Part shown: in pieces, positions 24,301-36,878 of the stretch
Numbering within the stretch: position 1 is the first letter of the stretch
How the letters are laid out: the number at the start of each line of letters is the position of its first letter
Source: Basidiobolus meristosporus CBS 931.73
Lineage: Eukaryota; Fungi; Basidiobolomycota
Length of the DNA stretch: 64,000 bases
Reading direction: 5' to 3'
NCBI GenBank assembly: GCA_002104905.1
Contig: MCFE01000131.1
Span: 1 to 64,000, forward strand
Position numbers and translations under genes: made by a program
The notes under the pieces: generated by a model
The model's database searches: none
The model's input: only the letters and a program-made list of their open reading frames with translations
Told to the model about the DNA's origin: nothing

Positions 24301-24953
24301 TGCTGATTCCTTCCAGCTTGAATAATAAGTATATGATGGCTTGCTACTTGTGAAGTTTGTGATACACCCAAACGCTTACTATCAGACAAAGGCTGTTCAA
24401 ACTTGCACTCTGTGTAACCACATACCAGACATATCAAAATATGGAAAATTGACATTTGAGTAGTCCTAAACTCTACTTCCCATAGGATCTTCTCACTCAG
24501 CACAAGTAGTATAGCACTAAAGAAAGTTTTTGTTTAAGAAAACATGAAAGCTGTCCCAATTTAACAGGAAACTATCCATTGAAGTCTAGGCATCATAATT
24601 AGGTGCCGTCAACTTATCCTTCCCCTATGAGAAATTATTGTAATGATCCCATCAAAAGGCCTTCACAAACTCAAAGTCCTGTGACTAAGAGGTACTGATC
24701 CTGTCAGGACACCATCCAGAGACAATTGAAAAATAATTGAACCCTAGATTTCACAAAAAACTTGGTCAAAATTTTTCATCACAACAATGTATAAGTGGCT
24801 TTTGATTGGTTCCCTGGCAATTTGCTTGCTTTTGGACCCTGGACACTCTATTGCCTCCTACATTTGTGTGCATAGATTGGCTATTGCCTCTTTTTCACAC
24901 TCCTTACTTCCTGACTCCATTGTTTCTCTTACTTTTCCTGCATGCAAATTGAT

Positions 24954-27690
24954 TTATTTCCATTGAAACTTCAGTTGTACCTCAATTGCCAATTGTATTG
25001 ACCTATAAAAGCCCCTATACCCTACACTAACATAAAGCTCAACCTCACACTCAACAAGTAACTCCATTAAAATCCACCACTCAATAAGTATCTCTGCTGT
25101 AATGCTCTGGTTCCACATCTTTGGCAGGAACCCAATGGCTTTATGCCACTGTTCATTCACTAGTTCCCACACATCCTGGTCTTCAGCCAGCATTGCAAGG
25201 TCTAACACCTCATCTGCCAGTCTTTGCAATAAACCCTTGCAATATTCATGTGCGCTTTCTTAGGCACTGTGGTGTTGTAGAGGTACTCCTGGGAGAAGCT
25301 ACACAACTCAAGGTGTATGAGGTGTCTGATGGGTGCAATAACCTCTGGGTCTAAACTGCTGGTGTCTTTGTCAGTATGTCTCTGTGGTAAAAGCTCCTGC
25401 TTCTCTAGCTTCCTAGGTGCTCCAAGTGTCTCCAAAGGCCTCTGTGTGTCCTGTGCACTACCTTGAAAAGCTCCTTGATGGCAGGTCTGAGATGTACTGT
25501 TGAAGACAGAGGCAGTGAGCAACTGCTAATCAATAAGGGAGAAGTGTTACTGATAGAAGGGATGATTTATTGATGAGGGATTGCTTTCCCTTAAGTACTT
25601 TTCCTGATTGCCAAGTGATTACTAATGACAAGGTTCTAGAAGATTCTAGGTATCAGTGGAGTTCTTGATGACATCACAATGAGCTAAAAATATGCCAAGA
25701 ATGTCCTGGAAGGTTCTAAAAGGCACAGCACATTCAACCAATCAGGAATCAGTAGTCGGAAACCTGTGCAACATATAAATACCATATATGGTATTGAAAT
25801 GGTAGGGATGGTAACACAGACCTAGGTCATGTGTCATGGGCACTGACACAGGTACTTGCCTTATATAGATACATCTACTGATCACAAAGCTGAATAACAT
25901 CTGGGATAACTAATGCTAATAACTAATCAGGGTAAACATCATATGGGGATAATACTGATAATATGGGCAATAGAAGAATGGGATAATACTGATAAGATAA
26001 AATATGGATAAGTATATCATAATGACTATATGAGTAAACTTGTCTGTGGGAGGTATGTTTACCCTACCACAGCGCTGCTTTTGAAGAAGTGCTCCAACCA
26101 CTTGGAGTGCCCATTAATGTTCCTAAGCTCCACTGAAGGCATTATGATAGTCTTTGAAGTTCTAAACATTGCAGCCTTGTCTGCCAGTGGAAATTCTTCT
26201 TGGGTGTGATGGGATCTAGTCTGTTCCAGGCTTGCAGTGTTAATTAGCAGGAACTGCAGTATTTTTTGCATGCTTCCCTGTCTCAGGCTAGGGTAGACAT
26301 TTTCCCCTTTACTTTTTCCTTTATCACTGCCAGGTCTTTCACTGCTACTTTGTCTGAGTGCTTCTTGTAATGAACTATGTTTTCTGCTGGATAAATTTTG
26401 CTCTGACACATCTGTTTTGGCCTGTCTGTCCCTTGCTGGCACTCTTCTGGCAACCTGATGTTTCTTTTCTGCTGGTTTCAAGCTCTCATCTGCAGTTGTG
26501 ACAGGTTCTTGTAAAAGCAGCTGGTTTTTATCACTTCCAGGTCCTTCACTGCTACTTTGACTGAGTGCTTCCTGAATAGTAATAAACTTTTTCCTTCATA
26601 AATGTTGCACTGGTGCATCTGTGTCTGCCTGCTTGTCCCTAATTGGCACTCTACCAGCTACCTGATGTCTCTTTGATGCTTGTCTGAAGCTTTTGGCCCT
26701 GCTTGTTATGGGCTTTTGAGGAAGCTGCTGGTTTTTAGCCATGGCACCCTTGTTATTCTGCCTTTGATAGTTTCTGCTATTCTTAAGATACTTTCTAAGC
26801 ATACAGTTGCTGGCCCAAAGTCCATTTGCCCACTTGAATCCAGGAAAATGCATGTGGAACAAGTCACATGTATTCTGCTTGGCCTTGAGTTCCTGATGGT
26901 CCCATGGTATGCCAGCCTCAAGGAGATTGCATGCTAGACTTCTTATGGCTTCTTCAATATTAGCCCACTCTTCATTATTGCACTCAACAGCTTCATGGAT
27001 CTTCAATGTCTTTTAACTTTTAGGCCTAGGTATAAACACCCCATTCACTCCCTCCCATGCTGTGATAGGTTTTTTTGTGGGCTATATCTTTGGGCACTGT
27101 TGTTGTGCTTCAAAAACTGTACAGTGTTCCTCTGCTGTTACATTGGGAAATGGCTCAACTATTGGCTGTGACATTGAGCTACTTGAGTTCCTACTTTGCA
27201 GCAAAGATACTGCTTTCTCTACTTGGGATATTGATTGCTCTGCATGTATTATCCACTCAACCTGTTTCTGGACTATTTCCTGATTTCTCTGGGCCATTGC
27301 ATCTATCCTATCAGACACTGCACCTGATTGCTTCATTAATGCTTTGGTATGAGCTGACAACATATTTACTAATATGGGTAGTGTTGATGTTATGATGGCT
27401 ATTTCCTGCTCTTCAACTGAGGGTACAGTGCTGGATACATTCTCATCTGCCAGAGCATAATAGTCAGCTTGTGGCTCTGCAGAGATTCTCAACTGCCTAC
27501 TTGACTGAGAGCCTGAGGGGTACACATTATTACCTTCAGTAGGCACACTATCAACAAGGTCTTTTTTGAATGTAGCCCTGCTTGTTGCACTGAATGTCAA
27601 AGCAAGCTGTTGTCCAGCTGTTCTTCTGTTGCCATCAGTAGAGGGGTTTGATTGCAAACCAGGCAACATTGCTTCATTTTTTGAGGGCAC
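24954..27690 (-). pseudogene. accessory ORF2 of the CACTA-like element (coiled coil, W-rich putative DNA-binding motif, ~70-aa tandem repeat, helical C-terminus), interrupted by a solo LTR
   Basis: ORF fragments 27082-27690, 26596-27006, 26059-26481 and 24954-25229 are collinear. Homologues elsewhere (32632-33069, 40309-44200, 49600-51540) join across the LTR site (HFFKSS|QESALEHY). Confidence 0.75.
25268..26071. repeat. solo LTR-like insertion (804 bp) with 4-bp TSD
   Basis: TGTGGT...ACCACA ends and flanks GCAC/GCGC. It interrupts ORF2 exactly where uninterrupted copies read AGCAGTGCTCAAGAAAG. Homologous to 38964-40032 and 34040-34769. Confidence 0.85.
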
Positions 27691-27989
27691 AAATATGGAA
27701 GTAAGTCAAACCAAAGGGGAAATAGTGTTACATATATGTGTGTATGTGGTGCCACAACTTTATTTAAAATGTTTATTATGGTGGGTCATCATTGAATCTT
27801 ACATTCATGTTGGTGCAATGTCCCAAATACAAGAATGTCTTAAACTCACATGAGTATTGACCAAAAAGTGATACACAAGTGTTACATTGTTGAGGGTCAA
27901 ACCGTTTGCCCAATGGACAAGACTACTTTGATTCAACACTGTAAGAGAAGAGAAAAAGACCATGTGGCTATTGTAGCAAGCCTCTCAGC

Positions 27990-30110
27990 CATGAAGCCCA
28001 CAGACAGCATAGAAAGTACAACAAGGATCATGGCCAGTGTTTTGCCACACAAACCATATTTAACCATTCATAAGTCACTACTGTACCAACATTATTATGC
28101 TGGCCAGTTGGTACTTTTATATTGGCACCTAGCCATCTTTGTCACCTTGCGCAAACTGAGCTGGATGAGTTTGTGATGCCTTTAAGCTCCCCTCAGCCTT
28201 CTGAACTTGGTGTGCAGAGTAATAGCTCTGACAAAGAAGGTTCACTGATGGATTGTCAGCCTATCTCCACTAACAACAGTACCATGTATGAGCCCAGTCA
28301 AATCACTATATGCAATGAGACAACACCTGTTGAAACAAGTGCCAAGGATACTTTACAGAGCCAGGTGAGCCCAGTGATCCATCTACTGATGAATGATGTA
28401 ATGTTGTGGCTAGAGAAGTGGCGTGTTTCCACTAATATCAGTAATAAGGGCTTTGAGTATTTATTACTACTTCTTGCCAAAATCATACCCGGATGCTACT
28501 TACCATGTACAAGTTTCAAGTGGACAATGGTCATGTGGCTGGCAACATATGACACAGTGACTGTCCTGATTCCAGCATGTGTTAACAGTTGCATGGCATT
28601 CACATTAAAAATGCTGCCATTGTAAGGTGTTCAAGTTGTCAGGAATCCATCACCATTGAAGAAAAACATTGTTCACACTCTGGATATATTCCAGTCATAC
28701 CCTGTCTGAGGAAGCTGATGTAGTCCAACAAATATTGCAAAGCTATATGGTACCACACTCAGTATCAATAAAGCGCAAAACTATCCAATATATCTAATGA
28801 CAAACATTACAAACAGCTAAGAAGCAAGGGCTACTTTGAAGGTATGCATAACCATGCCTTTGCCTTAGCACTTGATGAATTCTCATTAAACAGGCACCCT
28901 ACCAGCAAATCCTGCTGGCCACTGATTCTCATTAATCTGAATCTGCCACCCATCTTACGGTATCAGAGCAATAATCTGATGGTAGTCTCACTGGTATCTG
29001 GGCCTAAATCACTGTCCAACCTGGATAGCTACCTGTATCCATTGCTAGATGAATTTTGTATGCTTTCCAGCAGGATAACAGTAAGTGCTTATTATGTAAA
29101 AGTGCATATCATTATCAATGAGATACCCTTGGTACTTCACACAGGCTTATTATTCATACTCATATACAACAATAAAATGCAAAGACTGGATGTACTGGAT
29201 ATGTATTTAATCAAGTGGTGTTCTGATGCCATTCCTACCAAGAGTATATTTAAAGCATTGGGGTCATATGCAAGCATTGTAGGAATATTTATCAGAAGCA
29301 GATCACCAATGCCAGCTTGATGCATCTACACTGGTTGTGTGAGGAGTTTGTAACAGGATTTGAGTGGCTACACTACAAACATAAAGCTGAAAGTGTAGGT
29401 CTCTGCTGCTACTGTATCCATTCTCTACTCCATCTTGCTTGGTGTGTGGAGAATATTGGGCCTTGTTTTACCATTTGTAAGTTTCCTATGGTGCAGATGT
29501 GTGGGGAGATAGGAGGACAAGTCAAGTTGCAGGTACTACCATATCCCAATCTCATCAAGAAAATTGCCTTCAAATCCATGATGGATGTGATGAGTTAACA
29601 TATGGAGGACAGCCAGGAAGAGTTGGAAAATACTAAGGACAGATGGGCACATGATGACAACCATGCCTATGGCATTAAGAAGCTAGGCAGCCCCAATGCA
29701 TGGATAATCAGTTAAGTAATGCAAAGTTGGGTTGGGTGCAACAAACAACTAGTTTTTATTAGGAAAACTCTACCAAGGTAGGCTGGATTTCTTACGGCCA
29801 CAAGCCAACTTCTGCACCATTCAATATGGAATTCACACAAGCAAGAGCCTCAGTGCACCTATAAGGGGGAATGGAATCCAGCAGGGAGAAGGAATATCTT
29901 GGCTATATACCAAGAAGTTCTTTGAGGATATTCAGGAGGTATTCATGGCAGAAGTGGCAACAACCAAGCATATGTTTGCAAGATGTATATGTTACCAGCA
30001 GTACAAGGTACATGGCAACTTTGCAAGTAACACACTAAAAAGCCGTAAAGTTGAGGTGCTAGAAGTATGTCAATTGCAGCAGGGTGTGCATGTTTGTAGA
30101 GGTTAGTAAG
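27990..30110 (+). pseudogene. tnp2/Transposase_21-family (CACTA) transposase, copy A
   Basis: PACVNSCMAFT; ALALDEFS...CWPLILINLNLPPILRYQSNNLMVVSLVSGPKSLSNLDSYLYPLLDEF; DUF4218-like EEFVTGFEWLHY...CIHSLLHLA...FPMVQMCGEI...PYPNLIK. Stops, frameshifts and an internal deletion. Confidence 0.9.
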
Positions 30111-30140
30111 CAGGAGGTCATAGGCTTTTTTGATTCAAAC

Positions 30141-30518
30141 CCCCATGAAGAAATAGTGAGATAATCTCATCAAAAGGCCATCACAAAATTGAAGTCCCAT
30201 TACTAAGAGGTACTGATCCAGTCAGGACACTGTCCAGAGACCATTGAGAAATAATTGCACCCCTAATTTCACAAAAAACATGATCAAAATTTTCATCACA
30301 ACAGTATGTAAGTGGTTTTTGATTGGCACCAATTAAACCCTGTCAAGTTTTATAACTTTATTTGGCAGTAAATCAGCAATACACCATTGTGATCCCTTCA
30401 TAAGATTATTATGAGGGTCACTAATTTTAGCTGGCAGTATTATGATGGTCTCCAAGCAAGACCCTGATGGCTGATCTGGATTGGATCTATCTGCAGGACT
30501 AAATTATTTTTCACAGGG
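30141..30518. mobile_element. ~380-bp two-ended deletion derivative of the CACTA-like family
   Basis: The left 190 bp match the 24623 terminus and the right 190 bp match the opposite terminus (cf. 33652). They are joined at GATTGGCACCAATT. No TSD recognised, so the right part may instead be copy A's own end. Confidence 0.6.
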
Positions 30519-31037
30519 GGCCCAGAAAAATCATGAAATAGCCCACAAACAGGATGAGGGGATAAAAGGTGTAGAGCAATTAATGCCCATATATTTTTAT
30601 TTCTCAAAGGGTTCATAATGAACTCCAAGAAAACATTTTGAGAAATGGCCTGTAGAATGTGAGACTTGTCTTGTTGGAGAATCTCTTGTTGATCTGTGGG
30701 TACCATTAGGGCCCTAGGCAGACAGAAAGGCAAGACAGGCCAGCAATTGGTCACAGATAGTGGAGCAAAGCCCCACATCATCTTCTAAATCAGTCATGGA
30801 ACTAGAATCTTTATGTTGAAGGATATCTATTTGGCACTTTTTTTGGGATCAACAATGTGCATGGTGTGTACAAGCTCACAACAACTGATGTTGGTCATTT
30901 GATGCTCAGTTCTCATGGCCACATATATCTAGCTTCTAGGGTCTGTAGCATGCTGCAAATATGCATGGGGCTGTGTTGGTCTGCTGATGCTATCTGGCAC
31001 TCAAAGTGCTTTGTATAGGCTTTACTTTCAGATTAAA

Positions 31038-33394
31038 CCTTATAAAAAAATTTAATCCTGAGGGTGGATCCAATTCAGATCAGCCATCAGGATCCCTTCA
31101 GGACACCATAATAGTACTAGCAGCTTTAAATTAATGACCCTCTTCATAATCTTATGATGGGATCATGATAGCATTTAGATGATTTTACCGCCAAATAAAG
31201 TTAAAAACATTATGGTGTTTAAGCAGTGTTTTGCCAGGGGTGGCATGGCATTGTTGCAGTCTTAGTGCCCTTTACAACTATATGGGCGCATTTAACCAGC
31301 CAGTATATCCAATTGCCTTATATAGCAACAAACATGACAGTGTTTTGATGGCCTTGTAGCAAGCCTCTAATGGTATCATTTTGGCAGTATAGAGGCCTAC
31401 AGCTAGTTCTGTATAATGTTACTGTTTCAATCTAGCAAATGATATTTTCTTTTTTTACCTCCCCTTGGGTTATTTATATATTCCACTGTAGAATCACCCC
31501 TCTCTACTTGCTGACCCACTACTACCTTGGGTATCTTGCATATTGTTCAAATTAAAAAAAAACAATGGCCTCCTGCTTACTAACCTCTACAAATGTGCAC
31601 ACCTATTCAAATTGACATACTTATATCACCTCAGGTTTATGGCTTTTTAATGTGACACTTGCAAAATTGCCATATACCTTATATTGCTGGTAACATATAC
31701 ATCTTGCAAACATATTCTTGGTTGCCACTCATTCTGCCATGATTTCCTCCGGAATATGGGCAAAGAGCTTTTTGGTATTTAGCCAATGTATTCCTTCTCC
31801 CAGCTGGATTCTAGTCCCCCTTGCAGGTGTGCTCTGGCTCTTATTTATGTGAATTTTGTACTGAATGGTGCAGAAACTGGCTTGTGACCAAGAGGAACCT
31901 GGCATACTTTGGTAGAGCTTCCCTAATAGAAGTTAGTTGCTTGTTGTACCCAACCCAACCTTGTGACACTCAACTGATTACCCACACATTGGGGCTGCTT
32001 AGCTTCTTGATGCTGTAGGCATAGGTGTCACCATCTGCACCCCTGTCCTTGGTATTTTTCAACTCTTCCTGGCTGTCTCCCATGTGCCAACTCATCACAT
32101 CCATGGTGGACTTGAGGGTAATATTCTTGATGAGATTTGGATATGATGATACCTGCAACTTGACTTGTCTTCCTATCTACCAACACATCTGCTCCATAGG
32201 AAACTCCCACAAGGAGAAGCAAGGCCCATATTCTCAACACATCAAGCAAGATGGAGTAGCAAGTGGTTACAGTAGCGGCAGAGATCTATTTGTTCACCTT
32301 ATGTCTGTAGTATAGCCACTCAATTCCCATCACAAACTCCTTGCACAAAAGTTGCAAATGTGTCAAGATGGCATTAGTGAGCTGTTTCTGGATAAATATT
32401 CCTACCATGTCCACATGTGACAAAAAAAAGCAGCAGTTCTTGCCAATTAACACAGTAAGCCCGGAACAGATAGAATCCCATCATAGCCAAGAAGAATGAC
32501 CACCAAGAGATTGGCTGTCATTGCATGAGTTGGCAGCACAGCCAGTTGAGCTACACTACAGTGGGGTAGATGAGTTTGCAGAGAGGAGCAATTTATCTAC
32601 CACAGCCTCCACAGCTTCCATTGTTGACTAAGTGGAGATCCCACTGACAGACAAAGTAACAATGATAAAAACTCAAAAGGTTATTACAATGCCTTCAGTG
32701 GAATATTGGAACATTACTAGGCACACCAAGAGGGTGCAGCACTTCTTCAAGAGCAGTACTCAAGAAAGCGCACTTGAGCATTACAAGGATTTATTGCAAA
32801 GACTTCCAGATGAGGTGCTAGACCTTGCAGTGCTGGCTGAAGACCAGGACATATGGGAACCAGTGAATGAACAGCAGCATAAAGCCATAGAGTGCCTGCT
32901 AAAGTCATGGAAACAGAGCATTACAGCAGAAATACTAATTGAGTGGTGGAAATTAATGTTGTTACTTGTTAAGTGTGGGGTTGGGCTTTATGTTAGTCCA
33001 GGGTATAGGGACTTCTATAGGTTGATACAATTGGCAATTGACATACAACTGAAGCTTCAATGGAAATAAATCAAATTGTATGCATGAAAAGTAAGAGAAA
33101 CAGTTGAGTTAGGAAGTAAGCAGAGTGAAAGAGTGGCAATAGCCAATCAATGCATACAAATGTTGGAGGTGATAGAGTGTCTGGAAACAGAAAGTGATAG
33201 AATTGGCAGAGAACAATCAATAGCCACTTTTGTACTGTTGTGATTAAAAATTGACCAGGTTTTTGTGAAATCTGGGGTGCAATTATCTTTCATGGTCTTT
33301 GCAAGGTGTGCTGATGAATTAATACCTCTTAGTCACAGGACTTTCAATTTGTGAAGGCCTTCTGACAGGTTCATCATAATAACTTTTCATAGGG
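31038..33394 (-). mobile_element. internally deleted CACTA-like copy B
   Basis: Terminus CCTTATAAAAAA at 31038, transposase C-terminal part on the minus strand (~31500-32440), ORF2 C-terminal part on the plus strand (32632-33069), and terminus ...TTTTCATAGGG at 33394. TSDs do not match. Confidence 0.75.
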
Positions 33395-34037
33395 CATACT
33401 CTTGATAGGAATGACTTAAGAAGGCCACTTGCATAAATACATATCCAGTTCATCCAGTACTTGCATTTGTGTTGTTGCATATGCATATGAATATTGTTTG
33501 GAGCCTATGAGAAGTACTTATGTAGCATATACTGTGTAATAACTTGTTAATTCCTTCAGACTTCTCCACTATCTCAAAGGGCTTATTCAGCCTGAAATGC
33601 CCCTTGTACAACTTGGCCATTAGTATGGGGATATTGTTGAAATGCATGTGCCCCTACAAAAAATAATTTGGTTGTGAGGGTGGATCTAACTCAGATCAGC
33701 CATCAGGATCCCATAAAGAGACCATCATAATGCCAGCAGCTTGGAATTAGTAGCCCTTTTATCAATCTTATGACGGGTTCACAATGGTGTTTTGCTAATA
33801 TTACTACCATGTAAAGTGATAAAACTTGACAGGGTTTGATTGGTGCTGTGACAATAATTTCAAGGTATTGTTGCAGACTTATAGTGCTCTACAACTTCAG
33901 TAAACGGATCCAACTGGCCAGGACATCTAATGGCCTTAAATGGCACAAAACTTGAAGGTATTTCAGCAAGCTCACAGCAAGACTCACTAAGAAAAAAAAT
34001 CAAGCAAAGGCCAGCAAAATACCATCATAGTATCAGC
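33395..34037 (-). mobile_element. CACTA-like fragments: transposase middle (33395-33650) plus terminus starting CCCTACAAAAAA at 33652
   Basis: Homology to 37370-37570 and to the 31038 and 35413 ends (GATCAGCCATCAGGATCCC motif). Confidence 0.7.
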
Positions 34038-34039
34038 TG

Positions 34040-34769
34040 GATGTGCTGTGCCCCTTAGAGACTTCCAGCATCTGCTTAGAAAGTTCTTAGGTCATACTGA
34101 TGCCATTAAGATTTCTGTTGATCTACAGAACCTTCAGGAATACTCTAATTAGTAGTCACTTAGCCATTGAGAGAAGTATTCAAGGGAGGCAATACCTTGA
34201 TAATAAAGCATCATCCCTTTTATCAATATACAGACTTGTTGATCAGTGTCATTACTGCTACCAGCTCTACCTGAACTTCCAATTCCACACCACTGCACAC
34301 TCCCAAGAAGCTATGCTGACAGCCAACTGACGGTGAAGGCACTACTTGTGAGGAATACTAAAAGTAGGTATCTTTTATCATATTTGATACTTTCCCAAGC
34401 TTGTACTTGTACAGGCATATATACTACTCTGTTTTTGTAACTATTCACTGTGGCTTCATTCTTATCAAGTTCCTGTTAGTGGAACTTACAGTTATTTTGA
34501 TTTTGGAAGCTTTAGTACATTGTAATCTCAAAGGATGCTGAACCATGTGCATGCTATTGTTAAGATGGCAACTAGGTTGAGGATGGTAGCTCAATTGCTT
34601 TGCCTTGATAAGCTTGTGGCTTTGTATCCCTTCACATCAGAATAGAGACAAAATCCACATATTCCTAGCAAGCTTTTGCCAGCAATTATTGCACCCAGTG
34701 AGCACCACACACTCAATATACTTGAAAAATGCTAGATATATCTCTCCTTTGGACTCTTGCACCACCACA
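34040..34769. repeat. truncated copy of the 4-bp-TSD solo LTR family
   Basis: Collinear with 39300-40032 and ends ...GCACCACCACA. Confidence 0.75.
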
Positions 34770-36143
34770 CTATGGGCAGCTTTGTCTAGATTGCAACTGC
34801 ATTCCTTGCTGGATCCTTACCATCCTTTGCAATGCCAGCATGCTGGCATACATCAGTCCAGTGCATGTTAACACCTTCAACAAGCACACCAAACATTGGG
34901 TCAATGCACACTGTGTCAGCTTGTGCAGCTCTGCACAAAACTGCCAGAACTTGCCAAATTGCTCCATTAGACACAGGTTTATTGGAGTGCATCAAGTGGT
35001 GTTAATATGTTGCATCACATTGAATTCAGACAAGTGCCATGACTACACATCAAATCTTGCCTGAGTGTATTGTTACACCTGAAGATCAGTAAGTTACATC
35101 TGGTGAACCAACTGACAATGACCCACTGGAAGTGCCTACACCACAGGAGCCTTTGGCAAGTAAAAGAACATGCCATTATGTGGCACTTCAGGCCGGTTCC
35201 ATAACATCATTTGTAGCAACTCAGGATGGCCAAACTCCATCACTTTACTCATCAACCAGGAGGAAGATACTGTCTACCAGTACACAAGCAGTAAAGACAA
35301 TAGTCAACAAGGAAGAAGCTTAGGTGTACAAAGTGAATGATTGCCAAATGCTTCAGTAGTAATTCCTATGGGTAAATTACCTAGGAGAAGATGATGTAAA
35401 TGTGTCAATTTGCCCTATGAAAAGTTTTTTTTGTGCTGCAGGTGGATCCAATCTGGATCAGCCATCAAGATCCCATTAGGAGACTGCTATAATACTAGCA
35501 GCTTTGAATTAATGACCATCTACACAATCTTATGATGAGATTACAACAGCATCTGGCTATTTTTACAGCCGAATAAAGCTGAAATACATAACAGTGTTTG
35601 TACAGTGTTTTGCCAAGGGTGGGATGGATTTAGTGTGTCTGCAACTATTTGAGTGGATCTAACCATCCCATACATCCATTGCTTTATATGGCAAAAAACT
35701 TGATGGTGTTTTCACAGCCTCTTTACAAGCCTCTGATGGCATTATCATGGCAATATGGTGGCCTGCAGTCAGTTCTGTATAATGCTATTGTACCAACTTA
35801 TTTTTAACATACTTCTAAAACTTCAAATTTATAGCTTTTTAGTGTAATACTTGCAAAGCTGCCATATACCTTGTATTGCTGTTAACATATACATCTTGCA
35901 TACATATGCTTGTTGGCCACCACTTTGGCTGTGAATACCTCCTGAATATCTGCAAGGAACTTTTTGGCATTTAGCCAATATGTTTCTTCTCCATGCTGAT
36001 TCTAGCCATGTTATAGATGCATTATGGCACTTGTGTGTGTGAATTCTCTATTGAATGGTGTAAATTAGCATGTGAACAAGAGAAATCTGGCTTACACTGG
36101 TTGCTTGTTGCACCCAACCCAACTTGTCAAAACTTTACTTATT

Positions 36144-36878
36144 AGACTTGTTCCATTGGATAGTGCCAAATTGAGCCATGAGTGCCAAATGGTGCCATTG
36201 TGTGCCAGGGGGGCCAAGTGAGCCTACACTTGGCCACAGAGTGTGCAGCACAGCTCTGCATCTTCATGCAAAGCAGCCCCTGTGTTTCACTCACTGTGAT
36301 GGAAAAAATCCATTTTTTGACCTTTTTTTTTTGGGTAAATGTTGTACAGGATTTGCAAGTGCACAAAAGGATTGAAGATATGCATCTGGTACTCAATACC
36401 CATGGCACTCTGAATCTAGCTCCTGTGGCTTGTAACATGTCACAAAAATGCACGGCACTATCTTGGTCCACTGGTACTATCTGGCACTATAAGTGCTTTG
36501 TATTGATCTTACTTTAGGGCTAATATTTAAATATAGTGCCTGATAGTATCAGTGGACCAAGATAGTGCCATGCATTTTTGTGACATGTTACAAGCCGCAG
36601 GAGCTAGATTCAGAGTGGCATGGGTCTTGAGTACCAGATGTATATCTTCAATCCTTTAGTGCTCTTACACATCCTGCACAATATTGATCTACAAAAAAAC
36701 ATCAAAAAATGGATTTTCTCCTGCATCATAGATGAAGCACAGGGGTTGCTTTGCATGAGGATGCAGATCTACTTTTCACACTCTGTGGCCAAGTATAGGC
36801 TCACTTGGCCTCTCTGGCACACTATGGCATCATTTGGCACTCATGGCTCTATGTGGCACTATCCAACGGAACAAGTCT
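36144..36878. mobile_element. 735-bp foldback MITE (AGACTTGTTCC family) with ~345-bp inverted arms and ATT TSD
   Basis: ATT|AGACTTGTTCCATTGGATAGTGCC...GGCACTATCCAACGGAACAAGTCT|ATT. The arms align along their whole length around a ~40-nt loop. The empty site CTGATTACCC is seen near 31975. Confidence 0.92.

Larger units (their letters stand above)
24623..30518 (+). mobile_element. CACTA/EnSpm (CMC)-type DNA transposon, copy A (degenerate)
   Basis: Left terminus CCCTATGAGAAA, right terminus ...TTTTTCACAGGG. ORF2 on the minus strand and a tnp2-type transposase on the plus strand, arranged head-to-head. Confidence 0.85.
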
